A DNA stretch of 64,000 nucleotides from Rhynchopus sp. YZ270_cl-10 (Eukaryota), in assembly GCA_964035575.1 (NCBI GenBank), contig OZ037833.1:620001-684000 (forward strand). The letters run 5' to 3'. How positions within the stretch are numbered: position 1 is the first letter of the stretch; each line of letters opens with the position of its first letter. Of the stretch, positions 62,167 to 64,000 are shown piece after piece. The notes under the pieces are model-generated. The model worked only from the letters and a program-made list of their open reading frames with translations, was not told the origin of the DNA and did no database searches. Both the position numbers and the translations under genes were made by a program.

Positions 62167-62818
62167 GGTGCCAATTTGTATTAGCGATATAGCCTGAGAG
62201 GAAAGAAGGTTTGAGTTTTTTGAAAAAAAAATGGTGGTCCTGGTGTGGCCGACGACCCCAAAATAGCAGAAAATAGCACAAAATAGCACCTCCCTTCACC
62301 TGCACCAAAAAATCCAGATGCCCAGAATAGCAGAAAATAGCAGAAAATAGCGCACCCCCCTTTCAGCCACACCAAGTGTTAGCTAATGCATAGCACATCT
62401 CCGACTGAAGATACCAGCTATTCGGGATGAAAGCATAAAAGTACCCATAACAGAAGGTGTAAAGGAAATCTTGGAGGATGGCTTAAAAAAGAGAAGTTTG
62501 AAAAAAAAAAGGGGGCAGAGAAGGGGAGGGGAGGGAAGACTTTGTTGTTGGCTTCAATGCGACAGAATAGATAGAATAAAATACGATTTTTGACAGCTGT
62601 ATTTCTCGTAGGATGATAATCTTATATTTCCATCAGGGGAAAGGACCCCCCTAAAATTGATTGTAGCTTTTAATCCGCTGGCCCAAAAAAGAGCCTCGAC
62701 ATTCCAACACCACATCTAAACCAACTGAGACTCTTTTTCATTGCATTTTTTTCAAAAAAAAAAAAAAGATGCAATATCACACCCCCCACCCCACCCCCAC
62801 CTCCTCACCTGATCTCTC

Positions 62819-63499
62819 CTATGCCTCGTCCTTAGCCCCACCATAGGACCGTCTCCCGTGGAGGATTAATGCATGTGCCCATTCTGGTTGGTTGTATGGT
62901 GCCGGGAGCTTCTTCTTTGGCACGGATTTGACCTTGAGGTTGACGTCTTCCGCAAGACGCCGTTCGAAGGTTGTGCAAAGGTTTTCATCACGCACATCCA
63001 CAGCGACGTAAACATGGGCACGTGGACTGCTTTCAAGAAGCAGCTCAATGCTGTGCAGAAACGGTGTCAAGTAGTCTTCAATGTAAATCACATCCGAGGC
63101 AACAATCATATCAAAATTCTGTACAGGAAGCTTGGGGATGTCCTCTGCCGCTGTTGTCCAGTCGAGCCTTGCAACCTGAACGTGGGTGCAGAGCTTTCCG
63201 TCTCCTTTCGCGTTTTCAACGGCACGGTTGGTGTTCCGTCGAAGCACCGGGAGGAGTTCCTCCATCTCTGTTGCTACCACTTCTGCCCCAAGCACAGCAA
63301 GCGCCCCAGCAAGATAGCCCAATCCAGCCCCCAGCTCCACCACCTTCTTCCCAACCACCATCTTGCGGCGCACCGCAGGGTCTGCAAACATGCCGGTCAG
63401 CACCACAGCAGCATCCCACACCCGCTTCGCACCGGTGTTGTCCACCTCGTCTTGATTATAAAATCGTACTGCCGTTCCATCGACACAAAACTCTTGCAT
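62819..63499 (-). CDS. METTL21/family-16-type SAM-dependent protein lysine methyltransferase, 226 aa
   Basis: TGAKRVWDAAVVL, motif I VVELGAGLG, LDW, and FDMIVASDVIY (DXXY) motifs. Confidence 0.92.
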   Translation of the reverse strand: MQEFCVDGTAVRFYNQDEVDNTGAKRVWDAAVVLTGMFADPAVRRKMVVGKKVVELGAGLGYLAGALAVLGAEVVATEMEELLPVLRRNTNRAVENAKGDGKLCTHVQVARLDWTTAAEDIPKLPVQNFDMIVASDVIYIEDYLTPFLHSIELLLESSPRAHVYVAVDVRDENLCTTFERRLAEDVNLKVKSVPKKKLPAPYNQPEWAHALILHGRRSYGGAKDEA

Positions 63500-63701
63500 T
63501 TTTTTTGGGGGGTGAAGTCTAGTGTATCCCCTGATGAATATTGTGGGAGATGAGGGTAGGGGGGCAGTATGGTGGAAATGTAAATAAGTTTTTTTTTTTT
63601 GAGAACCGTTTCCCAAGAATCGCCCTAGAGTGCCAGGAAACTTTGTGAAAAGTGTCTGCGAAGGGGTAAGGTGCAGGCAGACAGCAGAAACTGTTGCCGT
63701 G

Positions 63702-64000
63702 CTACACATTCTTCCCCTGCAACACTGTCAAGACATCATCCAACACCGTCGCCTCCTCAGTCAGCGTGCGTGTGCACAGCACCCTGCATCGCCCAGAAGG
63801 AACTGCACTCGCTGGTGTGCCACACCCACCGGTACTCACCCACAACCGCTCAATGTCTCCTGCAGACCCATTGCCTTTCAGGTAGCCTTCCACAGCTCTG
63901 TTGTAGTCATCCCAGTCCTTCTTCCCTCCTATGGCGTACATCCACTCGTTTGCTGATTGTGTATTTAAATTGTGGTCAGATGCATCGGCAGCAGAAACCA
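63702..64000 (-). CDS. 3' part of a hypothetical protein running off the window end
   Basis: Frame is open from the window edge to the stop at 63702; GC-rich; same strand as neighbours. Confidence 0.6.
   Translation of the reverse strand, partial: VSAADASDHNLNTQSANEWMYAIGGKKDWDDYNRAVEGYLKGNGSAGDIERLWVSTGGCGTPASAVPSGRCRVLCTRTLTEEATVLDDVLTVLQGKNV

Overview
Eukaryotic, repeat-dominated window with A/T-homopolymer-rich intergenic DNA and GC-rich exons. All eight credible protein genes lie on the minus strand: a CCCH-like zinc finger protein, a 4-exon membrane protein with a Tudor-like tail, a 2-exon large surface/multi-TM protein, a VTT/DedA protein, an F-box protein, an AAAP amino-acid transporter, a METTL21-like methyltransferase and one partial gene. 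Co-directional genes, canonical GT-AG introns and the protein styles suggest a euglenozoan, possibly a diplonemid (inference only). About the first 26 kb has no convincing gene. It and the other spacers contain nested non-autonomous DNA transposons with readable TIRs and TSDs (hAT 8 bp, MULE 9 bp, Sola-like 4 bp, TA-type, and two unclassified families with 6-bp TSDs). Two things stand out. (1) A 1.9-kb element has ~340-bp direct repeats, each carrying a hammerhead-ribozyme-like core (retrozyme/Penelope-like), and a 13-bp TSD. (2) Several families of 30-65 bp stem-loop modules, dozens of copies in total, sit in homopolymer tracts, share a GCCTCT(C/G)G core and are almost all co-oriented. All coordinates and alignments were read by eye.
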